A stretch of DNA of 64,000 nt from contig NIVC01000363.1 in NCBI GenBank assembly GCA_002269645.1, forward strand, positions 1 through 64,000, written 5' to 3'. The stretch comes from Macrostomum lignano (taxonomy: Eukaryota). The translations under genes were made by a program, and so were the position numbers. Shown piece after piece: positions 50,733 through 63,027 of the stretch; position 1 is the first letter of the stretch; every line of letters begins with the position of its first letter. The notes beneath the pieces are model-generated. The model made no database searches and was not told the DNA's origin. It saw only the letters and a program-made list of their open reading frames with translations.

Positions 50733-51484
50733 AATTACGATACGTCGAAACGGTACCGGTATAATTGATCTTCGACTTCAATGACAATAAATATGACAGG
50801 AACTAAATGTGCTTCACCCGAAGTGTTACAAAAGATTACTAAGTGTTCAATATTAGCACTGCTAGACTCAAACCGTGCCAAAACAAAAACAAACCAAAAA
50901 AAACACAGACCATGAGTGATGAGTGCATGACTTCATGAGAGTTACTTAACTTTAGGCCTGCAACTGCCACATTAATGGACTGCCACATCGCTAACTTTCA
51001 GGCGGTTGAGCTTGCTGCTGATATTGGCAGCAGTGTGAGCTGTGAGCGCGTGCATGCAAGGAGCCTACCTGTGCTGTGCATCTTAGTATTAAGGCTATTG
51101 GCTAACCCGATAATATATCAATTTGGCTTATGAGTGGCTCTCCAATGCATTATCACCAGCTTAATCACTTAAATTCTACAAACCCAAAATGAGCTACTGA
51201 TTTAAAGTACTATGATTACAGACGAAGTATGAATGCTAATACTAAATTTTAAAAAATCATTTCCACCGTTTTTATTTATGTTCGAATAAATAATACTTTT
51301 TACTCTTTCAATACTACTTTTCTAATCCGCGTATTTTCATCGCTTAAACTTAATAATCCTCTAATTTTAATAGTAATAATCCTTACCATAATTTAATGTT
51401 GTTCACTTAAATTCTAATTTTTGGTCTTCTGCCTGTTCTGCTTTTTTTACACCCACAATACTTACATCAAGAAAATATTTTGTC

Positions 51485-51550
51485 TAGCAAGATTCGAACC
51501 TCAAACCTTCCAATTTCAAGTCAGGCGCACTGGCCACTCGACCAATTTTT
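51485..51550 (-). pseudogene. tRNA-derived fragment (SINE head or tRNA pseudogene)
   Basis: Minus strand A-box TGGTCGAGTGG, anticodon-like loop CTTGAAA, B-box GGTTCGAATC, downstream T-run; acceptor and anticodon stems do not pair properly. Confidence 0.6.
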
Positions 51551-52020
51551 AGCGGTGTCTATTTTTAGCACTCAGAATTCCCAGACTTCTCATTCCCGTC
51601 CGCGGTGCACTCGACCCCAGCCTACACGGACCAATAGCAGCGTTCCTTGGCATATCTAGCGTACTATCACTGTGCGCACTGTGTGTGTGGACTCTCTAGG
51701 CTAGCCTGTGTGGGTCCACGGTGGAGCCACCTGGCTAGCCACGTATTTTTTGTTTAGTGGATTGTCTGGCTAGCCCACGGCCGTTAGGTGCCAGTTTTGC
51801 TGGGAGAAGGGGAAGAGGCAAAACTCGGGGGTAGGACCGAACGTCCCGGGGAAGGGGAGAGAAGTTTTAAACACTTCTAACTGTACAAGCTTCGCAGGAG
51901 AGGGAAGGCGGCCTTTAAATGACTAAGACTGAGCTATTTTTAGAACAATGTTTAGTTACAACCGCTGAATAACTAGACTAGCGGAGGTCTCAGCGGACGA
52001 AGCAGGTTATTCCTTTTTCT

Positions 52021-52698
52021 GGGGGCGCTTCATAAGACCTAAATTTCACAACGCCTAAAGCACATGACTTCACATCACCTAAATTTCATAACGCCTAAAT
52101 TTCACAACGCCTAAAATCGAAAATGCAGCCTCCTTCACAACGCCCAAATTTCACACCGCCCAAATTTCACAACGCCTAAAATTTCTGCACGCTCCTTCAC
52201 ATCGCCCAAATTTCATATCGCCTAAATTTCATATCGCCTAAATTTCACAACGCCTAAAAATCTGCATGCTCTTTCATATCGACTAAACTTCATATCGCCT
52301 AAATTTCACAACACCTAAAACTGAATGTGAAGGAGAGAAGCAAAGATTTTAGGCGTTGTGAAATTTAGGCGATATGAAGTTTAGGCGATGTGAAGGATGC
52401 TGCATTTTCGGTTTTAGGCGTTGTGAAATTTAGGCGATATGAAATTTAGGCGTTGTGAAGGAGGCTGCATATATTTTAGGCGTTGTGAAATTTAGACGAT
52501 ATGAAATTTAGGCGATGAGAAAGAGGCTGCACTTTTGATTTTAGGCGTTGTGAAATTCAGGCGATATGAAATTTAGGCGATGTGAAAGAGCGTGCAAATA
52601 TTTTAGGCGTTGTGAAATTTAGGCGATATGAAATTTAGGCGTTGTGAAGTGTGGTGGTTTTAGGCGTTGTGAAATTTAGGTCTTATGAAAGCGTCCCC
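52021..52698. mobile_element. Foldback/MULE-type MITE with inverted arms made of ~16-bp subrepeats
   Basis: Left arm GGGGGCGCTTCATAAGACCTAAATTTCACAACGCCTAAA...; right arm ...TTTAGGCGTTGTGAAATTTAGGTCTTATGAAAGCGTCCCC; flanking direct repeat (CC)TTTTTCT, 7-9 bp depending on the terminus chosen. Confidence 0.9.
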
Positions 52699-52967
52699 TT
52701 TTTCTCAATATATTTTTTTGCTTATAGAAAACATAATCAATATGGCGTACGCGTTTAAACAAAAGGATCACTAGATTATACTGTAGGCTACTAAACGATA
52801 CTAAGATTTACTATTAACGTATAAAAGATTTATTTATGCAGGCACAGAGATGTTTTTAATGATTTAGAAAAATAGTCGTATTTGCTAAGGCGGTATACGT
52901 AAAATGATAGGAAAATAACGGCTCTTACAGAAGCTTTATGAAATTTATTGCGTATTTCTATTTAAAA

Positions 52968-53268
52968 AAAACACTGTTCGCTATAATTGTTCAGATTGAT
53001 GCGTTGCATTGTAGGTAGGTGTAAGTGACAATTGTACTGATTTGTTCTACTATAATAGGTGAATCCGTATATTCCCAACCGATCTACATGTACAGGGCAA
53101 AAATATCAAAAGAGTCTTTAATCCTCGTTAGCAGCACATATTGGACCATAGACAATATTCACGTTTGATACCTGCAGGGTGCAGAAGAAACGGTTAATCC
53201 TGTTAAGCCGATTGATTGTTCAGCTCCAAGATCGGGAAAGATATAGCTAACATTAAAGCAAATTGTTC
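52968..53268 (+). repeat. Dispersed repeat, copy 2 of 28129-28412
   Basis: Same conserved core, with small indels. Confidence 0.9.
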
Positions 53269-53325
53269 AATTATTCTGGCTAAAAACGCCGCGTCAAACA
53301 TTAAGAACCGATAATCCAGTCCATT

Positions 53326-53559
53326 GATAGTATATATGGATTTCTAGTCGAGCAGATCGAGGCATGACAAATTGATCGAAAAATGTGCAGAGTGCTAATA
53401 TTGAAACATAGTAGTATATATATTGATATATGTATATATCATAATATATCAAGTATAATCAAATATATGTATACATGATAGTATATATGGATTTCTTGTC
53501 GAGCAGATCGAGGCATGACAATTTGATCGAAAAATGTGCAGAGTGCTAATATTGAAACA
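53326..53559 (+). repeat. ~84-bp direct repeat pair (53326-53409, 53476-53559)
   Basis: GATAGTATATATGGATTTCT(A/T)GTCGAGCAGATCGAGGCATGACAA...ATATTGAAACA occurs twice. Confidence 0.9.
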
Positions 53560-54794
53560 GGATCCTAAAGAGGTACTACCCGGCAAAAAAACAATGAAAA
53601 CTTTCAAAGTCAGCGCTGGTACTTTGTACTTGGATTGACTTTTAAAGTACTCAATGTTGGCTTTGATGGTACTTGGAAAGTTTAATGTGTTTCTCGCTAC
53701 TTTCTATGACTTTCAAAGTTTGGTCTGGGGCACATTCACTTCACTGTAACTTGGAAAGTACTTGGCAAGTATGTGATGTCGCTTGATCAGACATAAAATT
53801 GATTTGAAATATTATTCAAATTAATAGTAATATTAATTATACTAAGGTAGCATATAAATATTAATAAATTAATTTATTTATTATTAATCATTTATTTAAC
53901 AAATATAAATTATTTATTCAAACTACAAACTTCGGGCGGCCCATCTCTACTTCAAAGTACTTGACAAGTTTTCAAAGTTTTGTTGCCCGTCTCTACTTCG
54001 AAACTTGACAAGTTTTCAAAGTTTTGTTGCCCGTCTCTACTTCAAAGTACTTGACAAGTTTTCAAAGTATATTCTCTATATCTTCTTAAATCTGCATGCA
54101 TGCACACAACACAACGACTTTGGAAGTTTTTGAACAAAATCAAGTTTAAAAAACTTTAAAGCATGTAATGCTTAGGCCTAACATATGTTTTAATATATTT
54201 AGGTAACGATGTATAAAAGTAAGTTACTATATTCACACGATTTTTAGCCCTAACAACTAGATAATTATAGTATTGTAACAGTAACGACTTAGAAAACTGA
54301 ACAAATCTAGAGTCTAGACGTAGACTGAGACATAATTTATATTATTTAAGGCAAAAATTTTGAAATATGACCTTTATACTTCTTTTTCTCTTAACAATAA
54401 CTTTTATATTGATTTGTTTATTTGCTTCTTTTATAAAGTGACCATCTATAAGCCGATCTTTTAAAAGTGATATTTGTAACAAAATGAATGCCGAGGACTG
54501 TCACTTGAATTATCACGATCAGTCGAAAATGCCAAATCAGAGCGCGGCGAACTCTTACGAGCGATATTTATTATATATTAGTTACATTGAGCAATAAAAC
54601 AAACTACATTATAAAACAATTATGCAAAATTATATACATACACTAAAAAGTACAGTAAATGCAGAAACAGAATACAAATATACATACATACATGTACACC
54701 GCCGTAAAAGAAAGCAAAAGGAGAAGGGGGCAGCAAAAACGGAAGAGCAAAAAAAGGGGGAAAGAAACGGAAATGTGAGAGCGTGGCGGCAGTG

Positions 54795-57700
54795 TCAGAG
54801 CACTCTCCTTCTGGCTTGCTCCCTGAAGGCAGCCGCAGCGTTGGTCTGGCCGATGACACCGGCGTCAGCCAGCAGGCAGTCCACGTACCGGCGCGTCCTG
54901 GCCTGCCCTCGGCGCCAGGGGCCCTGCAGCGTGAGCAGCAGGACGTCCTGCACCGGTTCAGGGCAGTAGGTTTCCGCGTGGATCACGTGGCCCGCCAGCT
55001 GCAGCCGCCGCCGCCGGATGGTCTCGCTGGGTGGTCGCAGGCCGGCTCGTCGGTAGAGGGCCGCGTTTGAGACCACCTCAGGGTAGGAGATGCCAAAGGC
55101 CGCGCGTAGCAGGCTGGAGTGGGCCGCGTCCAGCCGCTTCTCCAGCGTCTCGGTCAGCGTCCACGTCTTGGCGTTGTAAGTCAGGACGGTCTCGACCACC
55201 GCCTGAAACAGCCGAGACCTCAGGCGATCTGGCAGCGCGGCGCTCTGCAGAACAACCCGGACTGAGCGCATACATGCGCAACCTCCAAAATTCGGTCGGC
55301 CGTGCGACTTAGTTTTAACAAAAATGCGACATAGTTTTTGGCCAGAAATGCGACTTACATGTAAAAAAAACCCTAAAGCAAAATTAACGCAACTTTGGGT
55401 AAACGGCAGGAGTAACTATGACTGTCTTATTAACCAAAAATGCTTCGTCAGCTACTTAGTACTACTACTTAGGTATTTTTTCGGGTGGGCATTTTTGCGA
55501 CTTCCTTGGTTGGTCACCAAATCAGTCGGCCGGATCGGCCGACTCGGCCGACTGTTGCGCATGTATGACTGAGCGGAAGGCCGCCCAAGCCAGGCCTCTG
55601 CGTCGCGCCAGGTCCTCCTGAACGCTGGGCACCAGACCGCCGAGGTACGTGAAGCGCGTGCAGCGGGGTAGAGGGGCCGCGTGACCGTCTGCGCCGCGGC
55701 AGGTGATATTGGCAGGCAGCTCCGCTGGCACCGTCAGGACCTCCGTCTTGTCGGTGTTAACAACCAGGCCGACCGTAGCCGCTATCGCCACCAGGCTGTC
55801 CAGTATCTGCTGGGCTCCATCCGCCGTGGAGGCCAGCAGCGCCAGGTCGTCGGCATAGCCCAGCAGCGACAGTCTCTTCTCTGGATGGTGTCTGCTTGTG
55901 CGCCTGCACAGCATGAAGCCGTCGGCGTCGGATGGAAGCGCAGTCCGCAGCACCCAGTCGAGGACCAGCACGAACAAGAAGGGCGCTAGCGTGTCGCCCT
56001 GCAGCACTCCAGATGTTGTACTGAATGGGTCCGAAAGCCCGTCGGGCGTCACCATGGTGGCTTGAGTGTCCTGGTAGAGCGCCATGACTGCGCTAACCAG
56101 GCGCTGGGGCACGTGGTAAGCCCGGAGCACCGGTACAAGGGCGCCGCGCGCCACCGAGTCGAACGCCTTTCTGAAGTCAACGAAGACACAGATCAGCGTC
56201 GCCTGGCGGGTGCGCGCCTCCTCGATTGTCCTCCTGAGGGCAAGGATCTGGGTCGCTGTGCCCCGGTGTGGCCGGAAGCCGTTCTGCTTGTGCCGCAGAA
56301 ACGGGTCCAGCACCGGTTGCAGCCGCGTCAGCAGGATCTTGTTGAAGAGCTTCGCGGCGCAAGACATCAGCGAGATGCCCCTATGTTCTTCTTTCCGAGT
56401 TGTGCCGGGCTTCTTTGGGATGGGGATCATGTGGGCCGTCGTCCACTCAGTTGGGGCTGCACCCCCGTCAAGTACGCGGTTTATCACACCGGCGACCGCA
56501 CGGGCCACCGGCAGGACTCGCAGCGCCTCGACAGGGATCTCATCCGGGCCGGCCGCTCTTCCACCAGGGGACTTCTTCGCCTGCAACACCACCTCGTCCA
56601 GAGTAATGGGGCTGACGTCGAAATCCTCCTCCTTGGGCAGGGCCACTTCCGGCGGCAGCGGCATCTCCGCCTGCAGCACCGGCGGCGGCGCGTTCACGAT
56701 GGCGCCGAAAAAGTCCCGCAGCTCGTTCCGGCGGGCCTCCGCTGTGTCGCCGGGGAGGTTGAGGCTCGTGCGGCTCTTCCTCCCGGTCAGCGCGTTCACA
56801 GCGCTCCACACGGCGCAGCGCTTGCCGTCGTGCCCTGCCGTTGTCACCGTCCTGATGGTCTCTTCTACGGCGGCCTGTTGTCCTTGCTCATAGGCGGCTG
56901 CAAGGGCCGCCTCGGCTTCGTCCACCTCCGCAGTCCTGCCCGCCCGTCGCAGCTGCTCAAGCCTCAGCCTCGCACTTTGCACTTCCGGGTCCACCTCCCA
57001 GACTGGCCGACCTTTCTGCAGGGGCTTCACCAACGGTAGGGTCCACTCCGCAGCAGATTGGATGGCCGTGCAGATCTCGGGGTAGTCGGCTTCCTTCTTG
57101 CCGTCGAGGGCATCCACAAACGCACGGGCGAAGCGAACCTGGGTCGCATCGTCACGCAGAGCCCGGAAGAAGTGCTTCGGCTTCCGCTTGGGCGGCCGGT
57201 AGAGCGGGTCCTTCAGCTTGATGTCGCAAAAGAGCAGCTTGTGGTCGGACTTCGGTGCCAATGGCATGATGGTATCGCAGTTGGTCACACGGCCACGCTC
57301 TCGAAAGTGCAGCAGCACGTGGTCCAGCTGCGCCAGCCTCGTCGTGGCATTCCGGCGGCGGTTGTTGTTGCGCCGCGGCCGCTTGCAGCCGGCAAAGGTT
57401 GCCAGCCGCTGCTCGGGTTTCCGGAACCACGTGTTCATCGACACCATGTCATGCCAAGCGACGAAGTCGGTCAGCGCCTCGGTGTTGGCATTCTCGCGCG
57501 GGGTCACAAAGGGGGCCCGGTCTGACCTGCGCATGACAGCGTTCAGATCACCGAGCACAATCACCGTGTCCCGTTGTGCCACAGCCTCCACCTGCCCGGA
57601 CAAGAACTCGAAAAAGACACGAGCTTCATCGGGGTGGGCAGCTGTCGGCGCGTAGGCGCAGAAAATGTGGGCGCTCCGACTCCTCAGCCGCAGGTCGATC

Positions 57701-58272
57701 CGCAGCAGCCGAGGGGACAGGCTCTGGCAGCACACACTCTGTTGCAGCTTTGGCCCGACCAGCACTCCTACTCCTCCATGACCTCTCTCGTCCGCTGATG
57801 TGTACAGGAGGCTCCAGCCAGCTCCCAGCTCTTCGCGCTGGAGGCCGGGGCCGGCCACGATAGACACCTCCTGCAGAGCCACCAGGTCCATCTTCGTCTC
57901 CTGAGCCAGCTTTGCCAGCAGGCCCTGGCGCCAGTTCTCCTTGAGGGTCCGGCAGTTCCAGGTTGCCAGCCGAAGGGGGTGCTCTGGTGCGGCTGGGGCC
58001 CGATGCTGTTGGGCCTCGTGGTCCCCGGCGCCACCCGGAGGATCCAGGGCCTCGGCCTCCCGCCTGCCTGCACGCTTTGCTGCTCCATGGGCACGACTGC
58101 GCCGGTTGCGCTCTCTGCGCCGCTGGGTGCGGCGGGCAGCACTGCGCTGGCCGCGGGGGGTCTTGGCCTTGCCGCTGTTGGCTGCCGCAGCTTGAGGGCG
58201 CGGCACTCCGAGCCAACCTTGGCTATGCTCCGGGGCGATGCTCTGCCCAGGGGTGCCAGGAGGTCGCGGCAT
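54795..58272 (-). CDS. RTE APE-RT polyprotein (~1056 aa once the MITE and one TSD copy are removed); interrupted in this copy
   Basis: ORF 58272-55522 and ORF 55271-54795 join in frame as ...AWAAFRSV|RVVLQSAALPD.... Confidence 0.9.
55269..55567. mobile_element. 299-bp hAT-type MITE inserted in the RTE ORF
   Basis: Perfect 14-bp TIR CATACATGCGCAAC / GTTGCGCATGTATG; 8-bp TSD ACTGAGCG (55261-68, 55568-75); subterminal GTCGGCCG motifs. Confidence 0.95.
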
Positions 58273-58655
58273 GGCTCTATAAATAAGATGGCTCTATAAA
58301 TAAGATGGCTCTATAAATAAGATGGCTCTATAAATAAGATGGCTCTATAAATAAGATGGCTCTATAAATAAGATGGCTCTATAGATAAGATGGCTCTATA
58401 AATAAGATGGCTCTATAAATAAGAAGGCTCTATAAATAAGATGGCTCTATAAATAAGAAGGCTCTATAAATAAGATGGCTCTATAAATAAGAAGGCTCTA
58501 TAAATAAGATGGCTCTATAAATAAGATGGCTCTATAAATAAGATGGCTCTATAAATAAGATGGCTCTATAAATAAGATGGCTCTATAAATAAGATGGCTC
58601 TATAAATAAGATGGCTCTATAAATAAGATGGCTCTATAAATAAGATGGCTCTATA
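58271..58655. repeat. 17-bp array ATGGCTCTATAAATAAG (~22 copies) at the 5' end of the RTE, inside the TSD
   Basis: Directly visible; each unit contains TATAAATA on the + strand. Confidence 0.96.
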
Positions 58656-59280
58656 AATACAAATATGAAATGCAAATAATAAGTGAGAAATCCTATATAC
58701 TAAAAATGAAATGTCTGTAACTAACTAGCTATGCGATAGATTTCAGAAAAAATGGCTCAACCGATTTTCTTTAAACTTGCACCATTCGATCAGAAATGTT
58801 CCTGGGACGGTACATGCATCTTGGCTAAGAAATTGCTCAATGTTAAAGGGATTAAATATTCGAAAAACATGCTTTTTTGCAAAGGTCAAGCAAAATTTTT
58901 GACTTGAAATGCATTGTAAGAATGCTAGAGAAAAAACTGACTGGCTGAATTCTGATTGTGATAAAGATTGCATCACAACCAGTTGAAAACAGTGCCGAAG
59001 AAATGCACACAAGACTTCATTTAAATTGCGTAACCATATTGCTAACTTAAATTCAGACTGATACTGGCTGACTGAGAAATTGATTATGTCATAACTTTTT
59101 ACTCTAACCGACTTGCTATAAGTATTGAATTATAAGGGCCACAAGTCATGTTCTCCAATTGAAAAGAGATAGCCGGATGCAAACAGACTGGAATGCTAAT
59201 GTAGCGACCTTGGTTCGAATCTTAGTAGTGAAAAATGTTTTTTTTATTAAAACACCTTAAAAAACACAAAATTCTAAACA

Positions 59281-62200
59281 TTAAAGAGCCACCATTTCAA
59301 ACCTAAAAGAGCCACCATGTCAAACATTAAAGAGCCACCATTTCAAACCTAAAAGAGCCACCATGTCGAACATTAAAGAGCCACCATGTCGAACATAAAA
59401 GAGCCACCATATCAAACATTAAAGAGCCACCATTTCAAACATTAAAGAGCCGCCATGTCAAACATTAAAGAGCCACCATTTCAAACCTAAAAGAGCCACC
59501 ATGTCGAACATTAAAGAGCCACCATGTCGAACATAAAAGAGCCACCATATCAAACATAAAAGAATTACCATGTCAAACATTAAAGAGCCACCATGTCGAA
59601 CATTAAAGAGCCACAATGTCAAACATTAAAGAGCCACCATTTCAAACCTAAAAGAGCCACCATGTCGAACATTAAAAAGCCACCATGTCAAACATTAAAG
59701 AGCCACAATGGCAAACATTAAAGAGACACCATTAAGAACATTAAAGAGCCACCATGTCAAACATAAAACAGCCACCATTTCGAAAATTAAAGAGCCACCA
59801 TTTTAAACATTAAAGAGCCACCTTGTAAAATATTAAAGAGCCACAATGTCAAACATTAAAGAGCCACCTTATCAAACATTAAAGAGCCACCATGTCGAAC
59901 ATAAAAGAGCCACAATGAAGAACACAAAAGAGTCACCATGTCAAACAGTAAAGAGCCACCATGTAAAACATTAAAGAGCCACCATGTCGAACATAAAAGA
60001 GGTACCATGTCAAACATTAATGACCCACCAGGTCAAACATGAAAGTGCCACCATGTCAAATATTAAAAAGCCACCATGTCAAACATTAAAGAGCCACCAG
60101 GTCAAACATGAAAGTGCCACCATATAAAACATTAAAGAGCCACCAGGTCAAACATATACATGACTTCATGTCAAACATTAAAGAGCCACCATGTCGAACA
60201 TAAAAGGGCCACCATGTCAAATATTAAAGAGCCACCATGTCAAACATTAAAGAGCAACCAGGTCAAACATGAAAGTGCCACCATGTAACACATTAAAGAG
60301 CCACCATGTCGAACATTTAAGAACCACCATGTCAAACATAAAATAGCCACCATGTGAAACATATAGGTGACTCCATGTAAAACATTAAAGAGCTACCATA
60401 TCAGACATATACATGACTCCATGTCAAACATATACGTGACTCCATGTTAGACATTAAAGAGCCACCATGTCGAACATTAAAGATCCAACGTATTAAAAAT
60501 ACAAGAGCCACCATGTCAAACATATACATGACTCCATGTCAAACATTGAAGAGACACCATGTCGAACATAAAAGAGCCACCATGCAAAACATAAAAGAGC
60601 CACCATGTCTAACATTAAAGAGCCACCATGGCAAACATATACATGACTCTATGTCGAACAATCAAGAGCCACCATGTCAAACATATACATGACTCCATGT
60701 CAAACGTTAAAGAGACACCATGTCAAACATTAAAGAGCCACCATGTCAAACATTTAAGAGCCACCAGGTCAAACATGAAAGTGCCACCATGTAAAACATT
60801 AAAGAGCCACCATGTAAAACATATACGTAACTCCATGTCAAATATTGAAGAGACCCCATGTCAAACATTAAAGAGCCACCACGTCGAACATAAAAGAGCC
60901 ACCATGTAAAACATATACGTAACTCCATGTCAAACATTGAAGCGACACCATGTCGAACATAAAAGAGCCACCATGTCGAACATTAAAGAGCCACCATGTC
61001 GAACATAAAAGAGCTACCATGTCAAACATTAAAGAGCCACCATGTTAAACATAAAAGAGCCATCATGTCAAACATATAAGTGACTTTATGTCGAACATTA
61101 AAGAGCCACCATTTCTAACATTAAAGAGCCACCATGTCCAACATTAAAGAGTCACCATGTCAAAAATTAAAGAGCCACCATGTCTATCATTAAAGAGCCA
61201 TCATGTCAAACATTAAAGAGCTACTTTGTCTAACATTGAATAGCCACCATGTGAAACATTAAAGAGCCACCATGTCAAACATTAAAGAGCCACCATGTCA
61301 AACATAAAAGAGCCACCTTTTTGAACATTAAAGAGCCACCATTTCGAACATTAAAGAGCCACCATGTCAAACATAATAGAGCCCCCATGTCAAACATAGA
61401 AGAGCCCCATGTCAAACATAGAAGAGCCCCCATGTCAAACATTAAAGAGCCACCATGTCCAACATATACATGACTCCATGTTGAACATTCAAGAGCTACC
61501 ATGTCAAACATATACATGACGCCATGTCGAACATAAAAGAGCCACCATGTCGAACATTAAAAAGCCACCATGTCAAACATTAAAGAGCCACCATTTCAAA
61601 CCTAAAAGAGCCACCATGTCGAACATTGAAGAGCCACCATGTCGAACATTAAAGGGCCACCATGTCAAATATTAAAGGGCCACCATGTCAAATATTAAGG
61701 AGCCACCATGTCAAACATTAAAGAGCCACCAGGTCAAACATGAAAGTGCCACCATGTCTAACATTCAAGAGCTACCATGTCAAACATATACATGACTCCA
61801 TGTCAAACATTAAAGAGACACTATGTCAAACATTAAAGAGCCACCAGGTCAAACATGAAAGTGCCACCATGTAACACATTAAAGAGCCACCATGTCGAAC
61901 ATTTAAGAACCACCATGTCAAACATATACGTGACTCCATGTAAAACATTAAAGAGCTACCATATCAGACATATACATGACTCCATGTCAAACATATACGT
62001 GACTCCATGTTAGACATTAAAGAGCCACCATGTCGAACATTAAAGAGCCAACATGTTAAAAATACAAGAGCCACCATGTCAAACATATACATGACTCCAT
62101 GTCAAACATTGAAGAGACACCATGTCGAACATAAAAGAGCCACCATGTCAAACATTAAAGAGCCACCATGTCAAACATAAAAGAGCCACCTTTTTGAACA

Positions 62201-62395
62201 TTAAAGAGCCACCATTTCGAACATTAAAGAGCCACCATGTCAAACATAATAGAGCCCCCATGTCAAACATAGAAGAGCCCCCATGTCAAACATAGAAGAG
62301 CCCCCATGTCAAACATAGAAGAGCCACTATGTCAGACATTGAAAAGCCACCGTATCAAACATAAAAGATACACAATTTCAAACGTAAAAGTAAGC
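59281..62395. repeat. 23-bp satellite TTAAAGAGCCACCATGTCAAACA (~135 units) with internal block duplications
   Basis: Period 23. Variant strings recur, e.g. ~60241 vs ~61827 and ~61290-61440 vs ~62180-62320. Confidence 0.95.
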
Positions 62396-62464
62396 GAATT
62401 TTAAAGGAGCCGCTATAATGCTAAGGAAATTGTCGCACTAGCTACTTATTGTCTGGTGGATGCT

Positions 62465-62890
62465 TGCTATTTGGGGATGCTATCTATCTCGGGGATGCTT
62501 GCTATCTGGGGGATGCTTGCTATCTTGGGGATGCTTGCAATCTGGGGGATGCTTGCTATCTGGGGGATGCTTGCTATCTGGGGGATGCTTGCTATCTGGG
62601 GGATGCTTGCTATCTTGGGGGATGCTTGCTATCTGGGGGATGCTTGCAATCTGGGGGATGCTTGCTATCTTGGGGATGCTTGCAATCTGGGGTGATGCTT
62701 GCTATCTGGGGATGCTTGCTATCTGGGGGATGCTTGCTATCTGGGGGATGCTTGCTATCTGGGGGATGCTTGCTATCTGGGGGATGCTTGCTATCTGGTG
62801 GATGCTTGCTATCTGGGGGATGCTTGCTATCTGGGGATGCTTGCCATCTTGGGGATGCTTGCTATCTGGTGGATGCTTGCAGTCTTGGGA
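62465..62890. repeat. 18-bp tandem repeat GGGGGATGCTTGCTATCT
   Basis: Period 18 (62581 and 62599). Confidence 0.95.
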
Positions 62891-63027
62891 TGATTTCTTT
62901 TTGCAATGCACTTCATTTGAGCAGTTTGTCTGTTGTCTTTTTGAAGGATTTTTGGCTGTCTTTTTGTTACTTGTAGAAAACAGAGATTCTATCCAGATGT
63001 CCCCCATCGGGGGGCGAAGATTGCTAG

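Larger units (their letters stand above)
54682..58655 (-). mobile_element. RTE-clade non-LTR retrotransposon, apparently full length, with 11-bp TSD
   Basis: Single ORF with APE endonuclease (LATWNCRTL, VALQE, GDLNA, SDH) and RT (QNGFR, DFRKAFD, GVLQGD, YADD); RTE-type C-terminus (ETVLTY..KTW, RRLQLAGHV); (ATGT)3 3' tail; TSD AATACAAATAT at 54671-54681 and 58656-58666. Confidence 0.93.
58691..63027 (+). mobile_element. ~4.3-kb non-autonomous Helitron-like element carrying two satellite arrays
   Basis: 5' A|TCCTATATACTAAAA with a GGCTCAACCGATTTT motif; 3' GC hairpin GTCCCCC-ATC-GGGGGGC (62999-63015), 8 nt spacer, then CTAG (63024-27). Confidence 0.72.

Noticed and set aside
55681-58299. Numerous overlapping ORFs on both strands within the LINE
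   Set aside because: GC-rich shadow ORFs of the RTE coding sequence.
59190-59225. GGTTCGAATC as a tRNA gene
   Set aside because: Isolated B-box with no A-box or cloverleaf.
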